Source of the DNA: Saccostrea cucullata
Lineage: Eukaryota
DNA length: 64,000 nt
NCBI RefSeq assembly: GCF_032062105.1
Contig: NW_026935527.1
Coordinates: 124,001 to 188,000 of the forward strand
Reading direction: 5' to 3'
The number at the start of each line of letters is the position of its first letter. Positions within the stretch are counted from its first letter, which is position 1. Both the position numbers and the translations under genes were made by a program. Below the pieces are notes generated by a model, which searched no databases, was not told the origin of the DNA, and saw only the letters and a program-made list of their open reading frames with translations. Of the stretch, positions 1 to 12,401 are shown piece after piece.

Positions 1-2730
1 TGATTAATGCCTATATTTTTCAAACATTCATTCATTTATATCTATAAGGAAGTATCTGACCTTTCAATCTTTTATGCAATAATACCATTAATAGTCACAG
101 TAATTAAATAAATAAAACAGGATTATATTATCTGGGTTTACGTTTATTGATCGAACATTATACTTCAGACCTTTTTCTCCACACCAGATTGTACAAAAAT
201 AGAATTATTTCAGTTTTCTGAACAAGTTTCTTTTTTATTTTTCTTTGAGAAAAAAATCATTGTCTGAAATATAAAGGTAACGAACTATAGAACCAAGCTT
301 AAAATCTATTGGAGAATACAAACACAGGCCAATTAAACTCCAAAAGCAGAAGAAAAGCAAAACAAACAACAACAAAACAAACAAACAAACAAACAAAAAC
401 CAAAACTAAACCAAAAAAATTCAAATTGGGAGAGTTTGTTTTGGCTGAAGAAAGAGACCAGTAGAATAAATGAATGAAAGTTTAGAATTGTCATAGAAAT
501 TTTCGCATTAGAATATTCAGCAACCTCAATAAGAACAAAGAAAAGTAACTCCAATGTGGAAACCTATTGTGAAAAGTTAAATGATATAGGTATGTTATTT
601 CATTTTGTTTTACAAGTAATTAAGAAGCATGTTTATAATATGTGTTTAAGGATCCTCAGCCAGGATAACTCTAATAATTATTCTTTCATTTAAAAAGTCT
701 TAAATAAATCTGAACTTACCAATAATAAATGATACCTTTTACTTCTACATGTAATATTTAAAGAATTTAAATACAGTATAAGTAAAAAATGTCTTTTTCG
801 CCAAATGCCCAGATAACTATAGTTTTTTCCTAAAATATATTTGTTGATGAATGTTTCATCAGAAAATAATAGTTGTTGCTTTCATTTGCATTTTCTGAAA
901 AAAAAATCCTGTATAACATAATAAAAGTATATTATTTTACTTTAATGTAATACCATTGATATATACTAACGGTCATTTTTGTGAGCAACTTCTAACCTTC
1001 AAAAACTGAAGATCGGACATTGTTCTTGATAAATGTGATCACGTGATACAGGCACTCACGTAACATGCTCCGTAGCATTCTGTTCATAGAAGCTAGAATA
1101 GTTTTCCGAGTCTTATATTTCTTACCAGGTAATTTTATTTTTTTTAACAAAAACAGTACATTTGTCAGAAATGGCCTAATCTTGGAAATAGGATGGTCGG
1201 ATAAGAATATCCTTACCCCAGCATCCTCTGTCTTAGAATTTTTATCCTATATGGATATAAATTGGGCGTCTTCTTTTAATCATATCTGATATGATATATC
1301 TAACTTGGCGATCTTTCATAACAAATTACTCAACTAATTACACATCTCCTCCACAGCTTGCTTTCACTGGGCATCAGAATAAACTTCATTTTTAACCATC
1401 TCCCTTCCTTCATTAAAGCATTCAATCACAATAATGATTGACCTTCTAGAAAGCCTTTTGTCTTCATAAATCGTATACAAATTATTATAGGCTACTGCAA
1501 CGAACTTTCAAAGTTAAGCATTAAATTTTACAGTCGTTCGTTGCTCGAGTAAGACAGTGTCAACCATTTTTTGCCACAAGTCACCTACATATTAAAGTCA
1601 TTTCACATTGTGACGTCATCATCATGAAGCAAAACTCATAATTTTTATGAAAATAATAATAATGAAACAGCATTCAACAAAACATTAACTATATAAATAT
1701 TATTCCTCTCCAGTACGGAGTCCCGTTCATAGTAAATGCAGTCTTCAATCTCGAGGAAATTTAGCAAATGAACTATTTATATTGAAATGAGGAAAGTTAT
1801 TTTTTTTCGAGAGTCCACTTTTGGGAGAGAGAAGAGAAAGTTTGTGCCTGATGGTATTATTTTGTTAAACGTAATACACAGGCAGTTAAATCTATATAAA
1901 TATCAGAATGGTTGAATAAGTCATATATAAATGTTTATATATTTGAATATTTACATGAAAAAATATGAAAAGCAGTTAAGTAGTGGACAGGTTTCTTCAG
2001 TAATTAAAGTGGCATTATTTTGTCAGGTATGCAACTATAGGCGATGATGATGTTGGCATTACTGGAGAAAAACTGTTCCTGTTTAACACCGATATGCAGA
2101 TCTTTTTGTTACCTCTATGCATCTTTCAATATTCTAGATAAAGATAAAGATGTACTATTAAATGAATTTTAATAGGGTCTTCTAATGTAGATGATTTTTT
2201 TTTCTTGAAAGTATATTTTTCTTCAAAACAAACAAACAAACAAACAAACACATTATAAGGTTTATTCTGTGTCACATGTTTTTTCTTCCCTGTATTGGTG
2301 GTATTATTGGCAACGTTTCTGTATTTAGCATTTAATAATGGTGTTCATCTTTTTCTATTTCAAAGTATATTATAAATATACATTATTATAAAGTAAAAAA
2401 CAACAAAAAAACAAACACATGTATAAGGTTTATTCTATGTCACTGTTATAATGATAAATTTTTTTTATAACTAGCAAAAAATATCAAAATAAAACTTTAA
2501 AGATCAATTGTATAATATTAATCCATTAAACAAAGCATAGTAAATAGGGACTTTTTAACGCGCAAGAAAAATAACGTCATTTTTCTACGTCATCAGTTTC
2601 AGAGATTTATAAGTGTGGTGATCCGGAAAATCTTTTTCGTGATTAAAATCAACAGTAAAAAGTGTATATTATAAAAAAGAAATTATATTGTCCCAATTTT
2701 ATTTTTTAATATTGCATACAAGACTCTTCT

Positions 2731-5600
2731 TTAATATTGGCACTTGCAAGGTTTTCCCTGTGGATAAAAAACAATAAATTAGTGAAAAAAATCATTCTAT
2801 GAAATATTAAAAGAATCATTTAAAGATATAAGATGATTTATATCCTTACCAGTTTCATCTCACAGACATAGTAGTTCTTATGAGAACAGCTGTCCACATG
2901 CCAGTGGTATTTGTAATGCTGCCAGAAAACTCCACAATTCCAGTCCCCTTCTTTGTGGTACACGGGCTCACTACCATACCAGTCAAACTTGTGGCATCTC
3001 CTCTTTGTGAATCCCCAGCTCCATCTGTGAGCGTTAGGGTAAAGACAGTCGTTCAGGGACATCCAGGCTCCAGGGGACACTTAATGATATACAAAAACCA
3101 TTATTGGACATATTCCATTCAAAGGGTATAAATATTAACAACCAGACTGTTTAAATTTATTCCCAGATAATTCATCTTCAGACAATATAAATAACAGCAT
3201 TGCTACTTTTCAGTATACTTACATTTGATCTATACCTCAATAACCTTTTTTTAAATATCATGATTGAAAAAAGAATGATCATGACTAAATCATGTTTATT
3301 AATGCTAATAAATGATAAACCTGTACATTTCTGCTTAATATGTCTATAATACGTCTTTTAAACACCACACATATGTTCCTGATATTCAGTAAAAGAAAAT
3401 TAACGAAAAGAACCATTAATTGTTTATAAGATGGTTATAATTTACCTCCATACATGGCCAGGTGATGCCTGACGTATGTATTTTCATGAGCTTCATCCAC
3501 ATTACACAGGAATCCTCCCATAGAAGCACATTTCATCTACAATTGAATATAGTGTGTTTACTGTTCTAATATTGCATAGAAAATAGGAGATCAGTTAAAA
3601 CAAATCGAAAAAATAGGTTATGCTAGGTATATGTGATGACAGAAAATATATCTTTAAAAATTCCAAATATGTATTTTCTCGCCTCTAAACAGATATTTTA
3701 CCTTTTATTATTGCCTTCAGAGCCACATCAAATACCGAAATTGAAAGCTATGCAATCTTACCGTAATTCCTGTTCTATTATTTGGTCATGCGTCTCCATG
3801 TGAGAGAAAAATTCTCGAAAGGGACATTAAGAAACATAAAATCAATCAATTTTTTGGTCACCGGCGTGATGCAGTGATTAGAACGTCTGCTCTAGAGTCG
3901 CATAGTAAGGAGTCAATCCTGATGTCGCGGGTTCAAATCCAGCTGTTGGACGGGAAGACCGGTCCTTCGGATGGGACCATATAAACAAAGGTCCCATGTC
4001 GCAGTAGGTGATGGCACAAAAAAGAGCCTTCCCTACTCAATGGCCCTGAGTGCCAAGTAAAGCACAGCAATTGTAGCTCTCCACCGGCAAATGGTGGCGT
4101 CTCCATATGATTGAAAAATTGTAGAGAGGGACGTTAAATAGCATACAATCAATATGATTGAAAAATTCTAGACAAAGAATACCGCGCGTTAGCGCGTTAA
4201 GGTGTGTTATAGAACCGAAGACATAAAAAAAAAATATATTTACATTCCCCAATTTTCCTTCTTCATAATTGTTTATTTCCTTAATCTCAAATGTGAATTT
4301 AGCGCCCTTCAAATCTGTCGTGGTAAATAGATGTAAGAGCTGTTTGTGACGTCAAATGACGTTAGATGACGTTGCAAAGTTAAATGACTCAAACAAACAT
4401 TGCGAGGAAAAAAGTGACAAATTAATTCTTAACGCACATCACGTTAATTTTTACGTTAATTTTTCAGGGTTAAAGTTTTTTCATTAAATTGAAATAAAAC
4501 ATTTTACATTTTAGTGTTCTTAGAGTATTGAAAATGCATATCGTTCCTACTGTGTATTCTAACGCGCGGTGACAAGGTTTCGCGTGTGTTATAGAAATTT
4601 GAACGTCGTGGATTTCTAATTGATTTCATAAGGAAAATTACACTGAATGTAAATATTATCATTTAAACAAGATTAAAATTGATTTAAACTTTCAAAAACA
4701 TGTACCTCTGCCTGCCACCATGTGAGTTTGTCTCGGCTGAAATAATAACAGCTGCCGTGGTACAGTGACCATCCGTATGGACAAGTGCCTGCAGCAACCT
4801 TGGCGGCCACATACCCGAATTTGCTGTATTTAGGGGCGTAATTGTAGCTTGCCTCAACAACTACAAAAATAGAAGACATATATAATATTTTTCTTTCAAC
4901 CATGACAGAATTTCTCTGATAACACTGGGTGTAAAGTATCAGATACTCCTTCAGGAACTTTTAAAACTATCATGTTATCATTACGACTAAACGACCCAAA
5001 TCAATTTCAGAATATTTTAAAGGTCTAGGACAGGAGCCGATTAAAAAATAAAGTATGGTGTTCATCTTTTTCAATCTTTATGTTACTGATAATTATAAAA
5101 GTATTATACTATTCCTTTTCAATGTTCGTGGCCAATGATTCTGCTACCGATTATATTAAGCTATTCCTTTTCAATGTTCGTGGCCAATGATTCTGCTACC
5201 TATTATTAAAGCTATCCTATAAATGTTGGTCAATTTGATTTATTTGCGCTCTGCAAAAGAGATTTTCGGTTATTTGACCAGATTTAGTGACACTACAGCG
5301 AGTCTGTAGGTGGGTAAGGTGTAGAATTTAAGTTCCTTATGATGACTTAAATTCCAATCCTTACCGTGTGTTAGCCCTACAAAGACCAACATTTACAGTG
5401 ACAACTGCAGCTGGCACTATACAGCATTTAATGACAAAAATTTGCAAAAGAACAAGTGAAGCATAATAATTACCAACCTTTATATAAAAATTTAAAAAAA
5501 CATATATTTGAAACAAGGAAACCAATCCTGTTTTTTTTTATCAGAATGTCTTACCTGATGCTACGGCAACTAATAATGATATAGCAAGGAAACAATTCAT
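2731..5600 (-). CDS. Secreted C-type lectin-domain protein, subtype A copy 1 (A1), perlucin-like, 182 aa
   Basis: Exons 5600-5555, 4860-4706, 3536-3446, 3079-2850, 2757-2731; all GT-AG and in phase (46+155+91+230+27=549 nt). MNCFLAISLLVAVASVVEA-SYNYAPKYSKFGYVAAKVAAGTCPYGWSLYHGSCYYFS...WNCGVFW...DSC...YVCEMKLGKPCKCQY*. Signal peptide plus long-form CTLD Cys pattern; AATAAA at ~2698-2703. Confidence 0.93.
3857..4153 (+). mobile_element. tRNA-derived SINE in A1 intron 2
   Basis: B-box-like GGTTCAAATCC head, body shared with the 25077, 44067 and 62396 copies, GGGACGTTAAA...(CAAT)n tail; a further SINE 3' fragment lies at ~3791-3850. Confidence 0.85.
5109..5200 (+). repeat. Tandem duplication, ~52-bp period, in A1 intron 1
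   Basis: CTATTCCTTTTCAATGTTCGTGGCCAATGATTCTGCTACC occurs twice. Confidence 0.85.
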
Positions 5601-5934
5601 GATTGATGCCTACTGAATATATAAAATGGATTCACCGTCATCCCTTATATAACGTCTCAATGCAATTTTTATGCAAGAAAATATTCACGCCTTTTTCATA
5701 TAAACAAGAAAAATTACTTGCTTTTGCAAACAATACTTTCTGCTGATAAAGATTTGAATCGACGTTTGTATGTAAAAACCTTATACTGATCGAAATGGGA
5801 GGCGTTAGGGCGGGATTTTATCCCTTGTTAAGTTGAAAATATATTGTAGAATACCAAATGTCTTCAAAGGGGACAGTATTATATATACATGTCGAAGTAC
5901 GAAATACCAGTGAGTTACCACAACTAGATCTAAA
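5601..5934. promoter_or_regulatory. Putative bidirectional promoter, pair 1 (A1/B1)
   Basis: 334 bp between divergent ATGs; TATA-like elements at ~5645-5652 (minus strand TATATAA) and ~5877-5887; GGGCGGG at ~5808-5814; forkhead-like GCAAACA at 5726-5732. Confidence 0.7.
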
Positions 5935-7369
5935 ATGAATTCAGTCGTGCTGGTTAGTCTCCTGGTTCTATCCATCCTTGCTGGTGAGTTTTATGTTAGA
6001 ATATATTGAATTATTGCAAGATCTTTTTTGTCGATAATTTCAATCCATTTAAATTTTTATTCTCCTTTGATATATTAATAAGTGTAAAAAATACATTAGG
6101 TTTATCATGAATTGCATGGGAATGTTTTTAAAATATCTTTCATTTATTAAACCAATTAAAAGGAGACGATTTCAATGACATAAAAATACCACTTTTTTAA
6201 GTCTCACAAGCCAGCTATAACGTAAGGCCAAGGTACAGTGCCTTTAAGTATGCTGCTGCCAAAGTTGTTTCTGGTGGTTGCCCTTACGGATGGCATCAGT
6301 ACAATAAACGGTGTTACTGGTTCAGCAGAGACCGGTTGACTTGGTATAGAGCTTCTGTAAGTTTATTTTCAAGTGCACCAAAATGAATCAACATTGATAA
6401 ATATTAGCAAGAGAATGTCCTATTCTTCACCTTTTCATTTTTTTCAAAATGAAGTATACCGACACTTAAAATTCTATAATTAGATGAGATGTGCCGCCAT
6501 GGGAGGATACCTGGTATCCATTGACCAGTCCCACGAGAACACTTACATCAGACACATGTGCAGCATTTACGGATGTAAGATTTCTTTTCTTATTGCTTTC
6601 ATATAAACATTGCAATCTAGCTCTAAGATGTTCTAAAACTTGTTTGAATCTTACTCTTTAAATCGAGAAAAATATGTCTTTGAGATCTTATTTAGACAGA
6701 AGAGGAGCATGGCTGGCTTTAAACGATATTCTGAGACCAAACAAGCATAGATGGTGCTGGGGGTTCATTTCAAAACCATGTCATAAATTTGACTGGTACG
6801 GTGAGGAACCAGTTTACCACACCACTGGTGATTATAATTGTGGCGCTTTCTGGAGATCATACAAATTCCACTGGCATGTTGATAGCTGTCAACAGAAAAA
6901 CTACTACGTCTGCGAAAAAAATTTGGTAAGTTATATTTGACGGAGTTTAAAGAAAGTCGAAAAGAAGCAAAATTACATTAAGCTTAATCTTTATATGTAT
7001 TATTCAAATAAAACTAACTCACAGAAATCGAGACAACTCGCTTTCATTTTAGAACTTCTCACTCGTAGGGAATAACAGCTTTTTATAAAATATCAGTGAT
7101 TAAACAAATGGGTTATTCACTGATAATTAAAACAACATTTTCATATACTTAATATTCAATATAAATTAAACCATAGCTATTCAATTAAAAATACCTTTGT
7201 AAAATCTTTATATCGTATGAATAAAGATAAATTTTAAGGCTAGAATTTATTTTGTTTTTTAATGATAAGATGGCGTTTGTATAAAACGTATAACACATGT
7301 TATTTACTGTGACCTAATGCAAGATTCCATCTTATTTTTCAGGGAAAACCATGTGTCTGTGCTTACTGA
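5935..7369 (+). CDS. Secreted C-type lectin-domain protein, subtype B copy 1 (B1), 183 aa
   Basis: Exons 5935-5983, 6202-6356, 6484-6574, 6696-6925, 7343-7369 (552 nt). MNSVVLVSLLVLSILAVSQA-SYNVRPRYSAFKYAAAKVVSGGCPYGWHQYNKRCYWFS...RWCWGFISKPCHKFDWYGEEPVYH...HWHVDSC...YVCEKNLGKPCVCAY*; AATAAA at 7376-7381. Confidence 0.93.
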
Positions 7370-8149
7370 ATATTTAATAAATATTTTTAAAAGCATGATG
7401 TAACATTTATTTTTGTATTTTTCTGGCTAGATGGCTTTTTATAAAGCTTTCTTATATATAATAAAGATAGATAAAGTTGGTTTAAATACGAATTTGAGAC
7501 TTAACACAATGATAACTATAATCGTGCTAAATAAAATTTTGTTTTATATCAGTATTTACAAACTTGTATTTACTTATAACCAAAGTGTTATTTAATAAAT
7601 GAAGCTATACAGAAAAATCTTTCAAACATAAAACAGATTGACAGACTATGATGTCTTTATTTTGACATATTAACGGGAGTAATGATTGTTAATTGATAAG
7701 ACGTCGTTTACATATAAGAATGTCAAAAAAAGTCCACAGTGTCTTCCTTTGCTTTAACATCGAAAATTATGCTTCGCTTGAATATAAACAGGTTAGTTAT
7801 AAAGTAGAACAGTAAGTGTGTACGAAACTCCAGCAGATTGCTGGGAGACATGCATGGGTTCCAGACTACATAAATATTATCAGTTAGAAACTTCAACATC
7901 TTTATATCATTTTTAGAGTACTTTTGATCACAATCAGAATGATTTTTACAATACATTAATTTTTTGTTGACCAAAATTTGCCTTTTCTATTTTTATGGAG
8001 GGCACCATTTGTTTACGGTGTCCCAAAGCAGTCTCTTTATGTTTAAATTTTGATTTTAAATAAATTCTATTTTAATTTGTGTGTGAATGCATTGATTGCT
8101 GAAATTAGAAAAATAGAGAGAGGTGTTCAATCAATTTTAAAAACAAAGC

Positions 8150-8191
<42 letters not shown>

Positions 8192-9825
8192 TTTTACTTT
8201 GAATATTCCTACAATGTATGTGTATCACAAGGCGGCTTTGCTTAAAGATAAGTTTAGCTCGGTTATAACGAAGTCACTGAGACCTATGAAAATTACTTCG
8301 CTTTAACCGTAATTACAACGGATAAAGCATTTAATTTATATAGATGGGGATCCAAGATAACTTAAGTTTGCTCTGTCCGTGAATTCGAAATATCCGTGTT
8401 CGTACTAAGCGAGTTTTACTGTACCCTTTTCAAGAGGAATACTCCACTAATGATAACCCAAAAGGTCCCTTCATTGACTTATATAAACTTTAATTTCAAA
8501 GTGTTGGTTAAAATTTTTCCTGGCGACTAGATTTGCAATGGCGACTAAAATATTTTGTGAAAAGTACCCACCTTCCCTGACAAAAAAGTGCTAGTTTTAA
8601 TTATAGTTAACTATTAAATATTTTTACTTTAGTAAATCAAAGTATTTTTACTATGAATGTAGTTAGATACATATTACATGTATTTAAAATCTTAGAAGTA
8701 ATTTCCTGATATTAACAAGAACAATTTTTGTATATTAACAATAGGTATGTACTTTAAGAAATATTTTTTAAGGCTCTAAATCTTTTTTTCTTCAGTAGAC
8801 TATAGATAACTATCGTAAACTTTTGTAATGATGGAACCAAAACTTTAGAGTTCACTTTGAGTCTGACAACTATCTTACATCCTCTGACAGAAAACCAAGG
8901 TCTTCTCCTTTATGTTAAGCCGATCAAGCATTTACACATACACAGATTTATTATAAAAACGACGTTCTGTCACCATTTGAAATATCTGAACTTTGAATTT
9001 ATGACCTTTCCAAACAATAGCTTTCATGCCGTCATTTTCAGTTTTGCATACGTAACCAGTGCTGGTATATAAAGCTGGACTACAGTCAGAAGAAGATACA
9101 AGGGTTAGAGAATGTCTCTAGAAAATACAAAAAAATTGACTTAAACCTTATATGGTGGAATACAAGACAGCTTATCAAAAGATTAAGAATACTCCTAGTG
9201 GTGCTTATGTTTACAGCATTTATAGTCTTAATTGTTATCGAGAATTTAGTCTTAAACATTGACGAGGTTGAATTAGAATTATCTCCTGTAACATGTGGAG
9301 GTTTAAAAAGTGTTGGCAACGTCCATAGTAAAGAAAAACCCACTATAATGTTTTTTGATGTTAAAGAATCAAAGCATGGACGTATTATAACTACTTCAAA
9401 TAATCCAAATTACAGTATTAGGGTCCAATCACGCACCCATTGGAACACCGTGGGCCTAAAATATTTTATACATTATTTGATGTGGCCATATGAATTGATA
9501 CGATATTGAAATACAGTACATAGTTTTTTAATCCCGTAATACTTACTATACTACCCGTTTTCTACGGAAGGGAATTGTATTCAATTTCATTACAACGATA
9601 GAAGTCGTACAATTCAGTCCTTTGCATGCTTTGGCGTTAATAGATTACCCTGTGAAATTGTCATTAAAAGAACTTCTGGTTATGGGTTTGTTTTTTATTT
9701 ACTTTTTTGACTACAATTGCATACGGAATACACATTGTGTCAAAATATCAATTGTCAGAAAAATACCTATTCAAAATTATCAAACTCTTACCTCGTAAAA
9801 GTACCTCTTTAATAACCATTATCAT

Positions 9826-10490
9826 GAAGGATATGGAGATATCGAACAGTATTCAATATCCATAAAACAATACAAAATAGGAGCAGAGCAAACACGGACC
9901 TCCAAAAACATCAGAGGTGGGATCAGGTGCCAAGGAGGAGTGAACATCCCCTGCAGACTGATCACACCCGCCGTGTGCTCTTTGTCAGGACCGGGAAATA
10001 ACGGAAAAATCCGTCGTAAATTCAGTGTTTAAATAATGGACTAACAATTAGTATGAAAAACGTCAGTCAGCATTTGACTCAGTGATAAATTGTATTTGCT
10101 GACAATGTCATTGTATTGACCATAGAACTTACGAAATGATGGCTTTTAACGAGATTGCTGATATTCTTGTTTCATCAACTTGTTTGTCAATAATTGACCT
10201 TATTTTACAAATTGTTTATACGTAGAGCATGCTCTTGCGTATCGAATCAACTGAGAAATATAAACTCCGTATGCAGGTGATGAAGGTTTATTGCTGCATA
10301 AGAAGGGAAGTTGACGATAGAAAAGTTAAAGTCATCACGTTTGTGATAGAGCTTGGTTGTTAGATTACCAATAATGTCTTTTTCAAGTAAAATATCCAAG
10401 TATGAAACAGTTGTATCATACTCTGTGGTATCTTTTATCTCAAGCTCACCAGGATATATCGTATCGACATGGGAATGGAAATTGTCATCC
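9826..10490 (-). mobile_element. Decayed reverse-transcriptase fragment of a retroelement, probably Penelope-like
   Basis: Minus-strand translation IYPGELEIKDTTE..SYLDILL..LTTKLYHKRDDFNFSIVNFP, then frameshifted SQLIRYARACS; same family as 24290-25060. Superfamily assignment is from memory of the motif. Confidence 0.75.
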
Positions 10491-10649
10491 ACGTGGACAT
10501 CCATCTGAGCTGAGATTACATTTGAATTATCAAAGTGTTGCGTCTATCATGCAAGATTAAGAATAACAACAATCGGGCAACAAAAGAATTGGTAAATCTT
10601 TACTGAATAAACACATGTGAATTATAAGTTTCCCTTTATTCTAATCAAT

Positions 10650-12401
10650 CTAATAAGTACAATGACATGGCTTGCCCTGCAAAACAGAAAGAATAATGAG
10701 AACATTAAAGTAATAACTAACTCATACAAATAATGTATTTTTGCATATTAGTCAGTAAGAGATAAAATTAATTCAAAACATGGGCAAACTGATAATGCAT
10801 ATATGAAGTTAAAAATAAATAGACTAATAATGATAAGTTAATAAATAAATAAGAATAAATGACAAAATACCCTTCATTTATCATGCAACAAATGCTCTAC
10901 CTATAAAATGATGTAATACTAAATTAAAATGGCTTACCATGGGTTTCTCACAAACGAAATGGTTAACTTGTCCACAGCTATCAACATGCCAGTGGTATTT
11001 GTAAGACTTCCAGAAAATACCACAATTGTAGTCCCCAGTTTCGTGATAAACTGGTTCCTGACCGTACCAGTCAAATTTGTGGCATGGCTTGACGGTGAAT
11101 CCCCAGCACCATCTATGTTTGTTTGGCCTCAGAACATCATTCAAAGCCAGCCATGCACCTCTTCTGACTGCACAAAAAAGATACATTTTACACACCAGAA
11201 TATAAATTTCAAAACAAAATTCTTCAGGTAAAACTTTCCGTTGAATGCGTATGACTTACATCCATAGACGCTCAACATGTGTCTGACGTAGGTGTTTTCG
11301 TGAGACTGGTCAACGGAGACGAGGTATCCTCCCATGGCGACACATCTCATCTATAGATAACAGATGTTCTTACTTTTACTCATCTTTACTTTCTTACGTG
11401 TACATGTACAAGTGTTTTAGACTTAGTCTTTAGTTTAGTTTTAACGTCTCTTCTGTTTAGTTTTTTTAAATTTATTATACTCAGATTTAAAACAATAATG
11501 TTTAGATATGAGAAATTAGAGTCGAAATTTCAAGGAAATACTTACAGAAGCCTTGTACCAGTTGAGCTTGGTTCTGCTGAACCAGTAACAATGTTTGTTG
11601 TACTGATGCCATCCATGTGGACATCCACCTGAGCTGAGAGCAGCAGCATACTTGAAGGCGTTGTACCTAGGTCTGTTTCCATAGCTAGCCTCAGAAACTG
11701 TGGAAGTATTGAATTTGGTAATAATTGACCATTCACCTTTTTTACATAATATAATAATCTCGAACTGATTAAGATTTTAACAAAAGCATTTATTATTATT
11801 TTACAAGAGAGAATAATATACAACTGTTTACATGGTAAGCTATTTTGTGATTATCAGAGAGGTAAAAATATTCCTTATAACTCATTAGAAAATAATTTGA
11901 CTCTGAGTTTTAAGGTTGATTTTTTAAATAGTAAGGTAAACTGCTCATATATTTTCAAAATACTTTAAAATTTTATGCAGGAACTTAAATAAGTATATTT
12001 GTTGCCTAAAGACTAACCATTGCTTACAAGTACATATTGAACTTATAAAATAAAAAGATGATTAAAAAGTGAACTAAGTGTAAATTTAAATTATTTGTAG
12101 CTACCTAATTACAACTAAATTTCAATTCATATTTGTATCAAGTTCTCTACATTAACTAAAGAACTAATATGGGTTGATTATAGCAAACATAAAAATGCTT
12201 GTTCAGTTTTTTTTTTTTTAAGGTTTGATATTTTTTTTTATTGTTAAGGTATCAAGCTTATTACATATGATAGGTGAAAAACAAATTCAGAATTACAGTA
12301 TGAATATACAGAATCAAGAAAAAATATTCTGTGTCCAGAAAATACTACTCACCAGCAACAATGGCAGCTATGACCAAACAGGCTAAAATGACTTGATTCA
12401 T
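10650..12401 (-). CDS. Secreted C-type lectin-domain protein, subtype B copy 2 (B2), 182 aa
   Basis: Exons 12401-12353, 11697-11546, 11350-11260, 11167-10938, 10676-10650. MNQVILACLVIAAIVAVSEA-SYGNRPRYNAFKYAAALSSGGCPHGWHQYNKHCYWFS...FVCEKPMGKPCHCTY*; AATAAA at 10635-10640 (minus strand). Confidence 0.93.

Noticed and set aside
333-554. ORF over the (CAAA)n microsatellite
   Set aside because: Low-complexity translation of a simple repeat.
2880-3131. Antisense ORFs over lectin exon 4 (also 10929-11231, 13861-14076, 19102-19350, 22057-22266)
   Set aside because: Shadows of the conserved coding exon on the opposite strand; their recurrence is explained by exon identity.
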